A DNA stretch of 64,000 nucleotides, from positions 1,736,001 to 1,800,000 of the forward strand of contig CM075991.1 in assembly GCA_038087875.1 (NCBI GenBank). Reading direction: 5' to 3'. The DNA is from Malacoraja senta (Eukaryota). Position numbers and translations under genes: made by a program. Below are positions 36,804 to 49,404 of the stretch, piece after piece. The notes below the pieces were generated by a model that did no database searches, was not told the DNA's origin, and saw only the letters and a list, made by a program, of their open reading frames with translations. Numbering within the stretch: the stretch's first letter is position 1; each line of letters begins with the position of its first letter.

Positions 36804-39140
36804 TATGGCCACCTCGTGTCGAAAGCCTGACGTTCTGGTGTTTGACTCGGACATCGTCCACCGGTGGACTATTTTCCGGCGCGACTTCCAGCACTATGTC
36901 GCCATCGCTCATCCTAATATTACCCCTGCGATTACAGCACATCTGCTCCTCAACCTGGCTGGCCCGGAGGCCATGGAACGTTCTGAATCTTTTGAGTACG
37001 CCGATGGTGAGAATGCAGAGGACCCCGTGTGTGTCTCATCAATAAATTTGCCGCGCTGTGTGACATTCCCACCAACTCCATTCTAGAGCGGTTCAAGTTT
37101 TTCAGCAGGCGCCAGAAACCCGGGGAGCACATCGATACCTTCGTGGCATCGCTGCGTCACCTGGCCCGGCGTTGCCACCTGGAGACGTTGACCCCCGATC
37201 AGTTGATCAGAGATGCCCTAGTTCACGGTCTACAGGACGTGAAGCTACGGGCTGAGCTTCTGAGAAAGCCGGACCTCACTTTAAACGACGCTTTGCATGC
37301 CTCTCGCATGTCTGCTGCTGTCGACGCTGTATCTCCCCCTGAAGCTGAGGACATTAACTATGCCGGTGCTGCTGGACGCCCGCGGCGCGATGGCCCGCCA
37401 CGCCAGCGTAGCACCCCTGCGCCTGCAAGGGTCAACCCTCGCCGATGCCCAAACTGCAACTTTGTCAATCATCAATTTGATGTTTGCCCTGCTCTGGGTA
37501 AGACTTGTAATTTGTGTAAGAAGCTTAATCACTTCTCCGCAGCGTGCCGTTCCAGGGGCCAGCCTGTCCCTGCTCCGAGAAAGAGTCTACACAACCTGAC
37601 TGCTACTGACAGTGTTTATGACTCCGAATACCTTCCAGTCGAACTCCCTGATTCTGATAACAGCTCCTCCCATGATGAATCGCTTGTTTTTTCAGTCCTG
37701 GGTGCACATGCTTTGATAGCTGATCCATCAGTTCGAGTTACTGTGAATGGGATGACCTTCTCTGCTAAAGTAGATACGGGGGCGTTTACGAATATTATGT
37801 CGTTAAGTCTTTTTCAACAGATAAGAGCTGGTGAGAAGATTACCGCTGATCACTCCCGCCTCCGTGCATATGGGGGGAGCATGCTATTCCCAGTCGGCAA
37901 GGCCACCCTTATCTGCTCAGTTCTGAAGGCCTCTCGGCCCCTCTCTTTCCTCCTGCTGGAATCTGAGAATGTTACTCTGTTGGGCGCCCGTGCGTGCCAG
38001 GACCTCGGTTTGTGTCCTTCCACCACGACATCCACCCGGTGCAGACCCCCATGGATCCCATGTGCGAGTACCCCGACCGTTTTGACGAAGTATTGGGCAA
38101 ACTACCCTGCAAGTACGAAATCGAGGTGGACCCGGAGGTCCATCTGGTAGTCCGCCCTCCTCACCGCGTCTCCTTTGCTATGAAGGACAAGGTGGAGTCC
38201 ACTTTACGCCAGATGGTGGCCATGGGCATCATCAAGGAAGTGAGCGATGCCACCCGGTGGGTCTCCACCATGGTCGTTGCTGCTAAGAAGGACAAGAGTG
38301 AGATTCGGATCTGTATCAACCCCAAGGACCTAAAGCTTGCCATCAAGCGCCCGCACTACCCCATGCGAACGGTGGAGGATGTCGCTGCAAAGGTTGGCCC
38401 GGCCACTGTATTCTCTGTCCTCGATGCCAAGAACTCTTTCTGGCAGATTCCGCTGGATGAACGTTCATCTTTACTGACCACGTTTGGTACACCTTTCGGC
38501 AGGTTCCGTTTCCTCCGCATGCCTTTCGGGATCAATTCTGCCAGCGAGGTTTTCCAGCGCACCATGGAACAGCTATTTGCAGGTCTGCCGTGTGCTATCA
38601 TCGTTGATGACATCTTGGTGTACGGGAGGGACGTCGCTGAGCACGACCTCCACCTCCGTCTGGTCCTGGATCGGGCTCGGGAAATCAACCTCAAACTGAA
38701 CCCCAAGAAGTGCCGTTTCCGCGTCCCGGAGGTCACCTACGTGGGCCACGTTTTTACGGCTGAGGGTCTGAAACCAGACCCACAGAAGACAGCTGCGGTC
38801 TCAGAGATGCCAGCTCCGGTCAACGTGCCAAGCCTGCAACGCTTCTTGGGCATGATGAACTATCTGGGGAAATTTATTCCCGACCTCAGCGAGCTGAGTG
38901 CGCCCCTGAGGGAACTGACCAAGATGGACACTGCCTGGGTTTGGTACCCGCTGCATCAGGCAGCCTTCGATGACTTGAAATCCCGGCTGGTTCGCACCCC
39001 CACTCTGAAGTTCTTCGACTTAAAGCGCCCTATCGTCATTACCTGCGATGCATCAAGTTTCGGTCTCGGTTGCCGCCTCGTTGCCTCCCGCTCCTCTGCC
39101 CTCGCGACCCTTGGCGCCCCGTTCTCCCGCTGCTCCTCCT
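36804..39140 (+). pseudogene. gag-pol (Gag with two Zn knuckles, aspartic protease, RT, start of RNase H), frameshifted and truncated
   Basis: CPNCNFVNHQFDVC and CNLCKKLNHFSAAC knuckles, KVDTGA, RMPFG, IVDDIL, TCDASSFGLG. Frameshifts near 37030 and 38010. Confidence 0.9.
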
Positions 39141-39477
39141 GACCCCCCCCCATCAGCCATCTCCCGCTCGCGTGCCCGTTGCGGTGCTCTTGTCTCCTCC
39201 CCGGTCTCCTCGTTCTCCCCCTCCTGCTCACTCCCCTTTCGGTTCACCTATCGCCGCTCCTGCCCCGGTGCCCACTCTACCTTCGGAGGGGGGGGGGGGG
39301 GGGGGGAGGCGGGCTGCATACCCGCTCCGGGCGTCTGGTCAAGCCGCCTGAACGTTACGGGGAGTTTGCTTGAATGTTTTAAGTTTTTCCTGACGATGTA
39401 CGCGCGGGTTTGTGCCTAGCGTATGAGTCGTGGTCTCACTGTCATCATTGCTATGTTTCCCTTTTCAAGGGGAAGGA

Positions 39478-39687
39478 TGTAGAGCCGTGCATGTTCCTTT
39501 AACATGGTGACCTCACTTCTACTAACCACTCCCCATTAGCTTCAGTATAAATGTAACCTTCCCACCCCTAGCTCGCTCTCTAGCTCCGGTAACGGACCAC
39601 GAACAGCTAGGGCAATATGTGTGTATACGAATACAATGTATGCAATAAACTAGAGTGAAGACACCATGTGTTTGGACAGTCTTTACA
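39478..39687 (+). repeat. 3' LTR
   Basis: Preceded by the polypurine tract and followed by the TSD GTGGG. Confidence 0.95.
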
Positions 39688-40784
39688 GTGGGATCCCATT
39701 GGAGGTGGCGAAAATGTCGGAGGATAAAGTGGCTCAGCACTTCAACTTCCCCTCCCATTCCGAATCCGTCCGTTCAGTCCTGGGCCTCCTCCATGGGCAG
39801 AGTGAGTCCCACCGTAAATTGGAGGAGCAGCACCTCATATTTCGCTTGCGTAATGTACACCCAAGTGGTATGAACATTGACTTCTCCAATTTCAGGTAGT
39901 CCTTGTTTTCTCCATCCTCATCCTCACCCTCCCCTTCCCAGCTCTCACACAGCCCACTGTCTCCGCCTCTTCCTTTCTTCTTCCCGCCCCCACCACCTCC
40001 ACATCAGTCTGAAGAAGGGTCTCAACCCGAAACCTCATCTTTTCCTTCGCTCCATAGATGCTGCTTCACCCGCTGAGTTTCTCCAGCATTTTTATCCACC
40101 TGCCATTTTGATGTGGTAAGTTTCTCAACGTGGAGTAAGGAAGGGGCAAATTAAGAACACCTACATTAGGTGACTTCCATGCGCGGAAACAACAATCTGC
40201 CAGCAAATCCGGACAGATTTGCTAATTGATAAAACATAACGTAGAACAGTTCAAGTTGATTGTGAACACATTTATTGAATCTCTGAAAACAACACCCTGA
40301 AAACATCTGGTTTTATATGATCAGCAGCATCGCTGAAGAACATGGATAAGTTAAATTTCGGGTCCGGGCCCTTCTTCAGACTGATTTTGGGGTCGGATGC
40401 GGAAGGGGATTAGTGGGCGGGAATTCTTTGAGTCTCTGATCGAGGAAAACCCGGAGAGTATTGAGACCTTCCTAGTGATGGAGATGTAAAGGAACCAGTG
40501 CTTCCATACCTCAAAAAAATGATTCCTTAAATAGAATCCCAAATTTCCTGGAATTGGATGGTATTTGCTTAAATTTTCAAAAATGCTTCCTGCGTGCTAT
40601 TTGGTTTTTTTTTCGCAGGCACACGTTAACAACACAAAGAACAAGGCAAAACAGATCTATGTAACTACACCGTATCTGCCTGCTTCTGTTACTCACGTAC
40701 AGTGTTCGGCAAGGCAGCTTTCGTTGCTTCCAACAGCTTACGTTGTCTTCGTTTTTTCAACCTGCTCTAATGTGTCTGCGTCTC

Positions 40785-41525
40785 TGCTCTCTCTCCCTCC
40801 CACTCTCCCTCCCTCCCTCTCTCCCACCCTCCCTCTCTCGCTCTATCCCTCCCTCCCTCTCCCTCGCTCCCTCCCTCCCTCCCTCTCGCTCTCTCCCTCT
40901 CTCTCCCTCCCTCCATCCCTCCCCCTTTCCTCCCTCCTTCTCTCCGTTCCTCCCTCCCGTCCTCACTCGCTCTGTCCCTCCCCTCTCTCTCTCTCTCTCC
41001 CTCTTTCCCTCCCTCTCTCTCCCTCCCCCCCTCTCCCCCTCTCCCCTCTCCCTCCCTCTTGCCCTGCCTCTTTCCATCCCTCTCTCTCGCCCGCCCTCTC
41101 TCTCTCCCGCTCTCCCTTCCTCGCTCCCCCTCCCTAACCCTCCCTCCATCTCTATCCCTCCCACCCTCTCCCTCCCTCGCTCCCTCTGTCCCTCCCTCTC
41201 TACCTCTCTCCCTCCCCCTCTCTCTCCCTCTCCCTCCTCTCACTCTCTCTCTCTCCCACCCTCCCTCTCGCCATCTCTCTCCCCCCTCTCTCTCCCCCTC
41301 TCTCCCTCCCCTACCTCTTTCTCTCTCCCCCTCCCTCCTCCCCCTTTCCTTTTTTCTCTCCCTCCCTCCCTCTCTTATTCACTCCTTCCCTCTCTCCTTC
41401 CTCCCTCTCTCGTTCCTCCCTCTCTCGCCCCCTCTCCCTCACTCCTCCCTCTCTCCCTCCTTCTCCCACTCTCCCTCCCCTCTCCCTTCGCTCCCTCCAC
41501 TCTCCCTCTTCTACCTCTCTACCCC
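40785..41525. repeat. ~740-bp polypyrimidine (CT-rich) low-complexity tract
   Basis: Almost entirely C and T. Confidence 0.95.
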
Positions 41526-41719
41526 TTGAGCCCACCCAACGTTCTGTAAAATCAAGGCCAATCCCATTGTGACTGCAATCCCACCACCCACTGGTAGCTT
41601 TTCACCACGAGGCTTATCCAGAATTCTACCACTGCCTGAAAAATAATCAAAGGCGCAGCTTCCACTGAGAAAGAGAATTCCAAAGACTCATTGTTATACG
41701 AGAATTTTCCCGAACAGTC

Positions 41720-41900
41720 GGTGACCCATAGCGCTGTGGCCATAGCGCTCTTTTTAAAGCCCAGTGCGCTGTGGCCATAGCGCTATTTTTAAAGCCCATA
41801 GCGCTGCAGCCGGTAGCGCTATATTTAGAACCCATAGAGCTGCAGCCGACAGCTCTTTGTTTAAATCCCCACGCTTTAAACTGACAGCGCTTTGTTTAAA
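41720..41900. repeat. Short degenerate tandem repeat (cccatagcgct...ttttaaag)
   Basis: About 4-5 units visible. Confidence 0.7.
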
Positions 41901-41934
41901 CCTTTGATCGCCAAACCGGCAGTGTTGTGTGTGG

Positions 41935-42335
41935 GAGGGTGGGAGGGGGGGGGGAGAATAGAATGGTGCGTGGAGATGAATTCCCTGGAGCATGAGCAGG
42001 CAGAAACAATGGGGCTGCCGTTACATTCCTGTTTGTGAATTGGGGGGAGGAGATAGAAGCTGGCGTGCGGGGCTGGTAGAAGATAAGGTTGGAGGCTGTG
42101 GAGGGCAGATCGACAGAGGTAATGAGATCAGAAACAGTCTGCGAGATGATGGTCTGGTGCACGTCTGTAAGTTCTTGGTTAAGGGGTAAGTGTGAGGAGA
42201 TGTTGGAGAGCTGCCCCCTAGCCCCAGCACGGTAGAGTGTGGAAGTCTGAAGAAGGGTCTCGACCCGAAACGTCACCTATTCCTTTTCTCCAGAGATGCT
42301 GCATGGCCGCTGCGTTACAACTTTTTGCGGCTATC
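41935..42335. mobile_element. Penelope RT fragment (minus strand) plus inverted pLTR end
   Basis: HQTIISQTVSDLITSVDLPSTASNLI; ribozyme core at 42247-42274. Confidence 0.75.
42247..42274 (+). ncRNA. Minimal type-I hammerhead ribozyme core
   Basis: CTGAAGA-A-GGGT-CTCG-ACCC-GAAA-CG-TC. Confidence 0.65.
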
Positions 42336-42817
42336 TTGAATGAATGAATGAATCAATAAGTTTATGGGCCTAGTATTCACATACAAGGAATTTGCCTTGG
42401 TGCTCCGCCCGCAAGTGACAACGACATACAGTGACAGTTAGGAATGACACATAAAACATTAAACATTAATAATAAAACATTATTGATTAAACATGTGAAT
42501 TCAATAAAATACCACAGCAAAACGGTGTAAACCAGCATCTCCAGTTCCATCCGACGCAACGAGAATATGGAAGTCAACAGAATTTCACGGGACTTGTATC
42601 TTTTGTGTTGTAAACAGGTGATCCCGTCACACGGATGTAAAAAAACGTTGTGGCATTATACTATTCAATATTATATTATTGAAATATCACTGCTCACTCA
42701 CACTTCGAAAGCAGCCATGTCAGAACGTGAAAACAGTAAACAAATCTTCCAATTTCACTGTGTACATTTATTTTTCAGAGTAATTAACTGCCTTCATGTT
42801 TTTTTTTACTAAAACAG

Positions 42818-42918
42818 GGAACCATGGTCCACGACTGGTGGGTGGGAAGAACAGATGTTCTGGCCGGGTGGAAGTTCTACACGGAGACAAGTGGGGGACA
42901 GTTTGTGATAATTACTTG
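42818..42918 (+). pseudogene. SRCR exon 3, truncated (first third only)
   Basis: aaacag| then [33 protein letters not shown], after which homology stops abruptly. Confidence 0.85.
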
Positions 42919-43063
42919 ACGGTACTTTTCCTTCCACACGGGGCCGGTTCCTTCCCCAAAGTGAGCCCCTCCGGGAGTTGCGGGCACTGCCCCGCACTGT
43001 AGGTATTCACAGACCACGCCGGCAGTTTAAAAATTTCAGTCAACCTGTTTCGTTTTGTACATG

Positions 43064-43375
43064 AGAGTTGGTCTATGTGACTGAGCAATGGGGGCAGCCG
43101 CTGCGACGGCCGAGTGGAGGTTTACCACAATGGCAGCTGGGGGCGAGTACAGGATCGCTCCTGGAACATCAATGATTCCAACGTGGTCTGCAGAGGGTTG
43201 GGCTGCGACTCCGCCATATTCGCCTACAATTCCTCAAAGTACGGAGAGAGTGAGCTGCCCGTGTGGGTGAACGACGTTCACTGTGAAGGGGACGAGGCGC
43301 TGCTCCGAAATTGCAGCACATTTACCATGAATCCGTTTCCCACTGACAGCATCGGCGTTGGGGTCCTGTGTTCAG
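43064..43375 (+). pseudogene. SRCR exon 4 (lacks C2/C7) with an in-frame stop and a damaged acceptor
   Basis: ESWSM*LSNGGSRCDGRVEV...VGVLCS|gtgaat. TGA at 43078-80 replaces the conserved Arg. The acceptor reads tacatg rather than tacag. Confidence 0.88.
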
Positions 43376-43932
43376 GTGAATATTGCTACAAAGTTTGAAA
43401 TTTAAAAAAAGATAAACTTTGTGAAAGACTAATAATGAGAAGGAAGTTCGAGTTGTAGAGGTATGTAGATCGGCATCTGGCTCTTGGGCTCATAATTTCC
43501 GCGCCAATAATAAAATCCCCTTTTACACGATGTCCATTGTGTTCTCCCGACAACTGCCACCCCCAGACTACAAATCACTTACACACTGGGGATAATATAC
43601 AATGGCAGGCGATGGTGAGGATTGGAGCGTGTGAAGGAGAAGTCTACACAAGAAACGCCCTGGTGTGGTGTGGAACAACACGAGGGGCATTTCCGAGGGA
43701 CAGCTCGTGGTTTTGCCGGGCTGGCTCCAGACTGGGATTTCGGGGCCTGCTTCCAATGAGCAATTCTAGGCGAGCGGGGTTTATCCCGGGCGTCATCACC
43801 CCGGTCTCACCGAGTTCTCCTCACCCCCATTGTGAACGGACAGTCGGGCGCTTTGACAACAAGCCACAGCGCCATGTTGGTCGCTTCCCCACCGTCTGGT
43901 CCACCCCTTCGCCCGACAGCCATGGCGGCTGA

Positions 43933-43946
43933 GCGCCCCCTAGTGG
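43933..43946 (-). promoter_or_regulatory. CTCF consensus site
   Basis: The minus strand reads CCACTAGGGGGCGC, matching the CTCF core motif. Confidence 0.5.
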
Positions 43947-44651
43947 AGACATGAGGTGCCCATGCCCAGACCCCGAAAATATCCGGTTTTATATGAATAA
44001 TCTACAACCACCGAGTGACATGGCCGATGCTTGCCACTGTGAACCGAGTGTGGTCCTGAGAGCGGTTCCTCGAACAAAGGAATCGGTCGCCAGGGTCACC
44101 CAGCTGGGATGGTCGTGATGTCCATGTATGTATCTCTGCAGGGTTTGAAGTCGGAGAGCCAGTCTGTGGGTTCAGACCGTAACCAACACGCCGAGTCTTC
44201 CAGCATTTTATGTTTCAACTTCTACTTTAGATTTTCTCTGAACTAAATGTAAAATTCTTTGTAAATATAATTGCTCAAGCAGATTCAGAAATTCTGACCA
44301 AGTGACAGACATAATGTGCGATTACATAGGGGACCCTCTGTTTTATCTTCTTCCCCTCTGTTATCGGGCTTATGAACGGTCCTTCCATAAGCTGGGATAC
44401 TGTACGATTCACCTCTACCCCATTGCGGACTTCGGACTTTGTTGATAGAACTGGTGCGCTAGATGCGGAAAAGTATATTCTGCACATTGTATATTTCCGT
44501 GTGTCTATCTATTGCAGTTTGGCTTGCTTGTATTTATGTATAGTATCAATTGATCCGATTAGATTGCATGCAAAAGTTTTTCATTGTATCTCGGTACACG
44601 TGACAATAATAACCTAAACCTTTGATCAACTCCCTTGTTGTTATTCAACAG

Positions 44652-44966
44652 ACCATCGCCGATTACGACTGACCGGGGGTGGAAGTACATGTGCTGGACG
44701 ACTGGAGCTTTATTACCACGGGTCTTGGGGCACAGTTGGTAATGATTTATGGGATCTGCTTGATGATAACGTGGTCTGTAGGCAGCTGGGTTGTGGATAT
44801 GCTTTGCAAGATAAACCTCTTGGATACTGTGGAGGAAGTCGTGGTCCTATTTGGTTGGATGAAGTAAGATGCTCGGGTAACGAATCATATCTCTGGGAGT
44901 GTCCCTCCGCACCACTGGGTGAACACGATTGCAGTCATAAAGAAGATGTGACAGTGAAGTGTTCTG
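44652..44966 (+). CDS. SRCR domain exon 5
   Basis: 315 nt, caacag|...|gtaagg. LRLTGGGSTCAGRLEL...GPIWLDEVRCSGNESYLWEC...HDCSHKEDVTVKCS. Confidence 0.95.
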
Positions 44967-45199
44967 GTAAGGGTACCTTCAATCTGCTGATTCCCTGCAG
45001 CATGGGATGGGAGGATTCATTCCAGAGATGTAATAAATAATTTACAGCATCCAAAGGGAGCATTGACTGCGGGTAACGGTGCAGAGGCTTCACTCTGAGG
45101 AAGTTGTCACCCACTCAACATCAAACTCATTCCGCGCGCAGCTGTGTTGATTTCTCTATCAGCAGTTTCCTAGGTCCACGGAAGTTAGAACAAACAACA

Positions 45200-45680
45200 G
45201 TGCGGCGCACAAACAGGCCTTTCTGCCCACAATACCACGCCGCACATAATGCCAAGTTGAACTAATCTGCTCTGCCTGTCCTTGTTCTTCCATTCCCCGC
45301 ATATGTATATGCCGATGGAAAAGCCTTCTAAATGTTAATATCCTATCTCCCTCCACGCCAACCCTGGCAGCATGTTTCAGGCACCCTCCACTCCCTGTGT
45401 GAGAAACTTGGCACGGACATCTTCTTTAATCTTTGCCTCTCTCACCGTAAAGCTCTTCCCTCTCGTCATTAAAAATTGCACCGCTATTCAAGCTGTTCTG
45501 CGCCCACTCCAAAGCCTCCACATTCTTCCTGGAACGGGGCGACCAGAACTGCACACAATACAGCAAATGCGCCCTAACCTAATTAAAGCTGAAACGTGAC
45601 TTCCTGACTCTTATACTCATTTCCCAGACTGAGGAAGGCAAGCATACCTAACGCCTTCTTTACAACTCTATCTCCTTGTG
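45200..45680 (-). mobile_element. Decayed CR1 (HER1-like) 3' fragment
   Basis: Similar to other CR1 3' ends in the window. Confidence 0.65.
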
Positions 45681-47001
45681 TGCCTACAGTCGTCTACAAT
45701 TCCAGAAACGTCTTTCGTAAAACGCACGTTTGCGTTGAATAGCAACTCCCTCACATTATAACCTGCAATGTGAGCATCTATCAATGAGGAACATATCCCC
45801 GTTCATACATTCAAATGCATTTGGATATACGAATAATTTAGATTTGGATTTAAATTTGATTTGAATATACAAATAATTGTAGTTACAAGCTCAAGTTCAC
45901 GCATTTTTATCTTTCGGGAAACGGAAGGGTAGACCATCCAGATTCCCCGATTATGCACTTGATGTTATACACTTATAATTGGTATTATGAATGTGAAACG
46001 TCATTTCGACGTACTGGAAATTTATTTTTTTCATGAAATTCTGCCAATTTCATTTTCAGCCTTTAACTCTCGAAATTATTCTCCCATATATTTTCACAAT
46101 TGGATTTCTCGTATTGCGTGCTGTGATTTTAATCATGATTCTACATAACCTACCCATTGAAACCGATAGATCCAAATTATATGCCATGCAGCTTCTAAAC
46201 GTCCATGTCCGCTCTGTGGTACACGCATGTTTCAAGAAAAATTCCTAGACCGCAAAACATTTTGAAACTACCATGGGACTGGTTAATGTACTAAAACAAA
46301 TCTGACCCCCAAATACTGACAGATAGGAACGACAGTTGTCATACATTCAGAGAGAAACATCGAAACACCTAACGATGAGAAATTCGTTATTGAGTGTGGT
46401 GGAACATCAAATTCCCAAACGGAGATGAAACGTGGTTCCTCGAGCTTCTATTGCGACGGATTTGACAATGAAGGAGGTCACAGAGGGAAGGGACAGAGTA
46501 TGAGTGGGAATTTGGTGGCGGATTAGAAGAAAGGACCAGCGGGTCGCGAAGTGAGCGTTCCCTTTGAAGTGTTAAACCGTGGGGTTTCTTCACGAACGAT
46601 TCTAGAATCATTGACCAATTATTGCCGTTCGGTTATTTCTGGAATCTCAGCTCGCGTCCCCTCAACATGGGCAAGAACAAAGTTTCCTCGTTCATTTAAC
46701 TTCCATCCCACCAGTATCCACTTCCAGTGTTTGATTTTTCGCAATTTCCCACAACTCCAACAACATTTCACCGCCAGATGCATATTCCCCTCCCCTCCAC
46801 TTTCGGCAATTTGACTGAACAGCTCACTTTGTGATTACCTGACGAAGTTATTTTTCCCAAATAACCCTCACTGATGAGTGTTTTCCGGCGATTTGTTGTT
46901 TTGTTAAACTAGATGCGCCTTTTTGTTCAGCGACAAAGAATCGTTGCTGGCTGTTGATGGAAACATTGTGATGAACTATATATTACCCGTTTCGTTCACA
47001 G

Positions 47002-47319
47002 AGCACAAAGAGATGCGCCTGGTGAACGGTGGGCATCGATGTGAAGGGAGAGTGGAAGTGCGGTACAACGGGACATGGGGGACAGTGTGCTCCGAGAAGC
47101 TTTACGGAAAGGAAGCGGAAGTGATCTGTAAACAAGTAAAATGTGGACCTCTCAAATCATATGAAGATGACGCCATGAAACATGGAGCGGGTTCTGGGCC
47201 CATATGGCTCGATGAGATGGAATGTAATTCGCACGAGTCGACCCTTTGGCAATGTCAGTCAGACCCTTGGGGGAAACACAACTGTCGCCACGGGGAGGAT
47301 GCAGGTGTTGCATGTGAAG
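47002..47319 (+). CDS. SRCR domain exon 6 (8 Cys)
   Basis: 318 nt, tcacag|...|gtaaca. MRLVNGGHRCEGRVEV...GSGPIWLDEMEC...WGKHNCRHGEDAGVACE. Confidence 0.95.
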
Positions 47320-47402
47320 GTAACACAAGAAAGACATCATATGGCGGCTGACATATTAAACCTGAATGTATAAAACCGTCAGCATCCACCTCTTCTCCAC
47401 AG

Positions 47403-47477
47403 ATGCCGAAATGCCAGAGAGATCCAGTGGAAAGGCCTGTGACGAAGGAAATGAATCTCAATCTCGCCGTTTACCAG
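47403..47477 (+). CDS. Putative inter-domain linker exon (DAEMPERSSGKACDEGNESQSRRLP)
   Basis: Good acceptor ttctccacag| and an open phase-1 frame. The phase-1 donor is non-canonical (g|tcgagt). Confidence 0.45.
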
Positions 47478-47566
47478 TCGAGTCATCTAATTAATTTTAG
47501 CATCAGCCTGACGTCAATTCCGGATGTGTATTTAACGCATAATGTGATTATTTTTTAACTTGACAG

Positions 47567-47878
47567 ATCTACCACTGCGACTTGATGGCGGCAGCAACAA
47601 TTGCTCCGGAAGGGTTCAGTTATTGTTCAACAACAGCTGGGGCACAGTGTGTGATGACTCCTGTGATCTTGCCGATGCCAATGTCGTCTGCAGACAGTTG
47701 GGATGTGGCTCTGCTTGTTGGACTTCAGGAGCGGCTCCCATTGCCCCAGTCTCCGGGGATATCTGGCTGGATGAAGTCAAATGCACAGGAACTGAATCAT
47801 TCCTGTCCCGTTGTCTGGCTTCACCGCTCGGTCAGCATGACTGTGATCACAAGGAAGATGTCATTGTTATTTGTTCCG
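47567..47878 (+). CDS. SRCR domain exon 7 (membrane-proximal)
   Basis: 312 nt, tgacag|...|gtacgt. LRLDGGSNNCSGRV...WGTVCDD...HDCDHKEDVIVICS. Confidence 0.95.
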
Positions 47879-47991
47879 GTACGTCTTGTTCGACAGATTC
47901 CTGGATCATGATAACACTTTAAAATCACAATTAAACGTGATTTTTAGTTTCTTTAATGCAGAATAATATGTGTTTGCAATAATGTTCACAG

Positions 47992-48027
47992 GTCCAGTTT
48001 TGACTCCCACTGGCTCCAGCATTTCAG
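47992..48027 (+). CDS. Putative short Pro/Ser/Thr stalk exon (GPVLTPTGSSIS)
   Basis: Acceptor ttcacag|, 36 nt; the donor reads AT instead of GT. Confidence 0.35.
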
Positions 48028-49404
48028 ATATTTATCATTCACGCGATGTTGATGTTTAGAATTCCAATCTTTGCTGACAATGCTGATACTCTCTTGGTAA
48101 GATTTGCTAATTACTAAGTACACGATGGATAGTTTACACAATGTTTAGCCCAGTATTCGAACCAGTCTTGTAAACTTCTAAAACTGTGTGTCCAACTCCA
48201 GCCAAAATATCTTTGTGACGTCACAGAATGCGGACGTCCGCATTGTTGTCCGCCCTCGACACCCCCAATAAAGTGGCGATCAGCTGCCTCAATGAAAGGC
48301 GGCAGTTGGTAGAATTTCTATGCGCTTTTCGGTTAGGATGACTGACTTTAGAGTAGCGGCTATTAATGAATTCGTATCATGTGTTGGAACCAAGATAAGT
48401 TGTGACGTTGAGAAGAATTTGTCGGTGTCATTATTCCTAACTGACGGTTGCATTTCGAGTCAGTGGACAAAAGGGTTCGCTCTTTTATAAAGTATTGTCG
48501 AAATACCCCTGATGACTTACTCTTAGTGCATATCATACATGTTCGTCCCTTTGTAACAAGCATCATCCTGAGCAAAGCGATGTTAACATTTAGGACATGC
48601 ACTTCTTGGTGTCAGTATTCCTCTGATTTGGATTTTATGACACCGGGTGTGTGCGAGCTCTGTGGATACAAATTATGTTTGAATATAATTATGTATCTGC
48701 TAGTTGGATACAGGGCGCCACTGGTTAAGAATCAGGACTTTCCGATATGTTCTGTATTCATCCCGTTCTGCCCAGCACGACAGAGAATTCCGTTGATTTC
48801 ACCACATCTCTTTGTGCCGTCATAACCCCTGTGTAGTGGTCATCGGCAGGAAAATGTAAATCAAAACGTCAACGGCAGAGCCCTAATTATGAGTGTTATT
48901 GCTTGTCTTGTTTACATGAAACTAATTCAGACACGACTCCGAAAATGTATCCTATTCGAGTTCCGCTATCGCGAGATGCTTGGTGATGATCATTGAATCA
49001 CACAACCTATTTGCAGACGCGGCTAATCTGGGGATATGTTTACGTGTTCTTGAACCGGCAATCGTTCCAAATCCAGAATTGTGCGTGGAAATGTGTGGAA
49101 ATCAAAATAACTTGCTTCGGTCGAGTTTGTCCTCCCTGGCATGAGAAAGCACGCGGCCTGCAGCCAATGGGGACCACTATGCAAGGGATAGTCCTGATAA
49201 ACCAGGCCTGATTGAGAATTAGTCTTTTTATTGGTTTCCACTCACTTGTTAATCTGCTGCAATGCCCCCAGAGGATTATTGGGAACATTCGTGTCGAAGG
49301 AAGATGCACAATCAGAGGTGAAAATTAATCAAAGTTCGCTGCGCCTGCTTTAACTATGGAGCTACAACGTCTGTTATGAAGTTATCCCTGAATTTGTATT
49401 TCAG

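Larger units (their letters stand above)
36503..39687 (+). mobile_element. Ty3/Gypsy (Mag-like) LTR retrotransposon, internally deleted
   Basis: 210-bp TG...CA LTRs; 5-bp TSD GTGGG; PBS TGGTGTCAGAAG (36713-24); PPT aaggggaagga before the 3' LTR; gag-pro-RT coding region. Confidence 0.96.
36007..40095. mobile_element. Penelope (Neptune-type) element with an inverted end, split by the Gypsy insertion
   Basis: Minus-strand GIY-YIG LIYCIRC...YIGETKRRLGDRF (36150-36500) resumes at 39688-39722. Inverted 3' portion at ~39725-40095. Ribozyme cores at 36104-36131 (-) and 40009-40036 (+). Confidence 0.85.

Noticed and set aside
40565..41549. Long Ser/Pro/Leu-rich and Arg/Glu/Gly-rich ORFs
   Set aside because: Artefacts of the CT-rich low-complexity tract.
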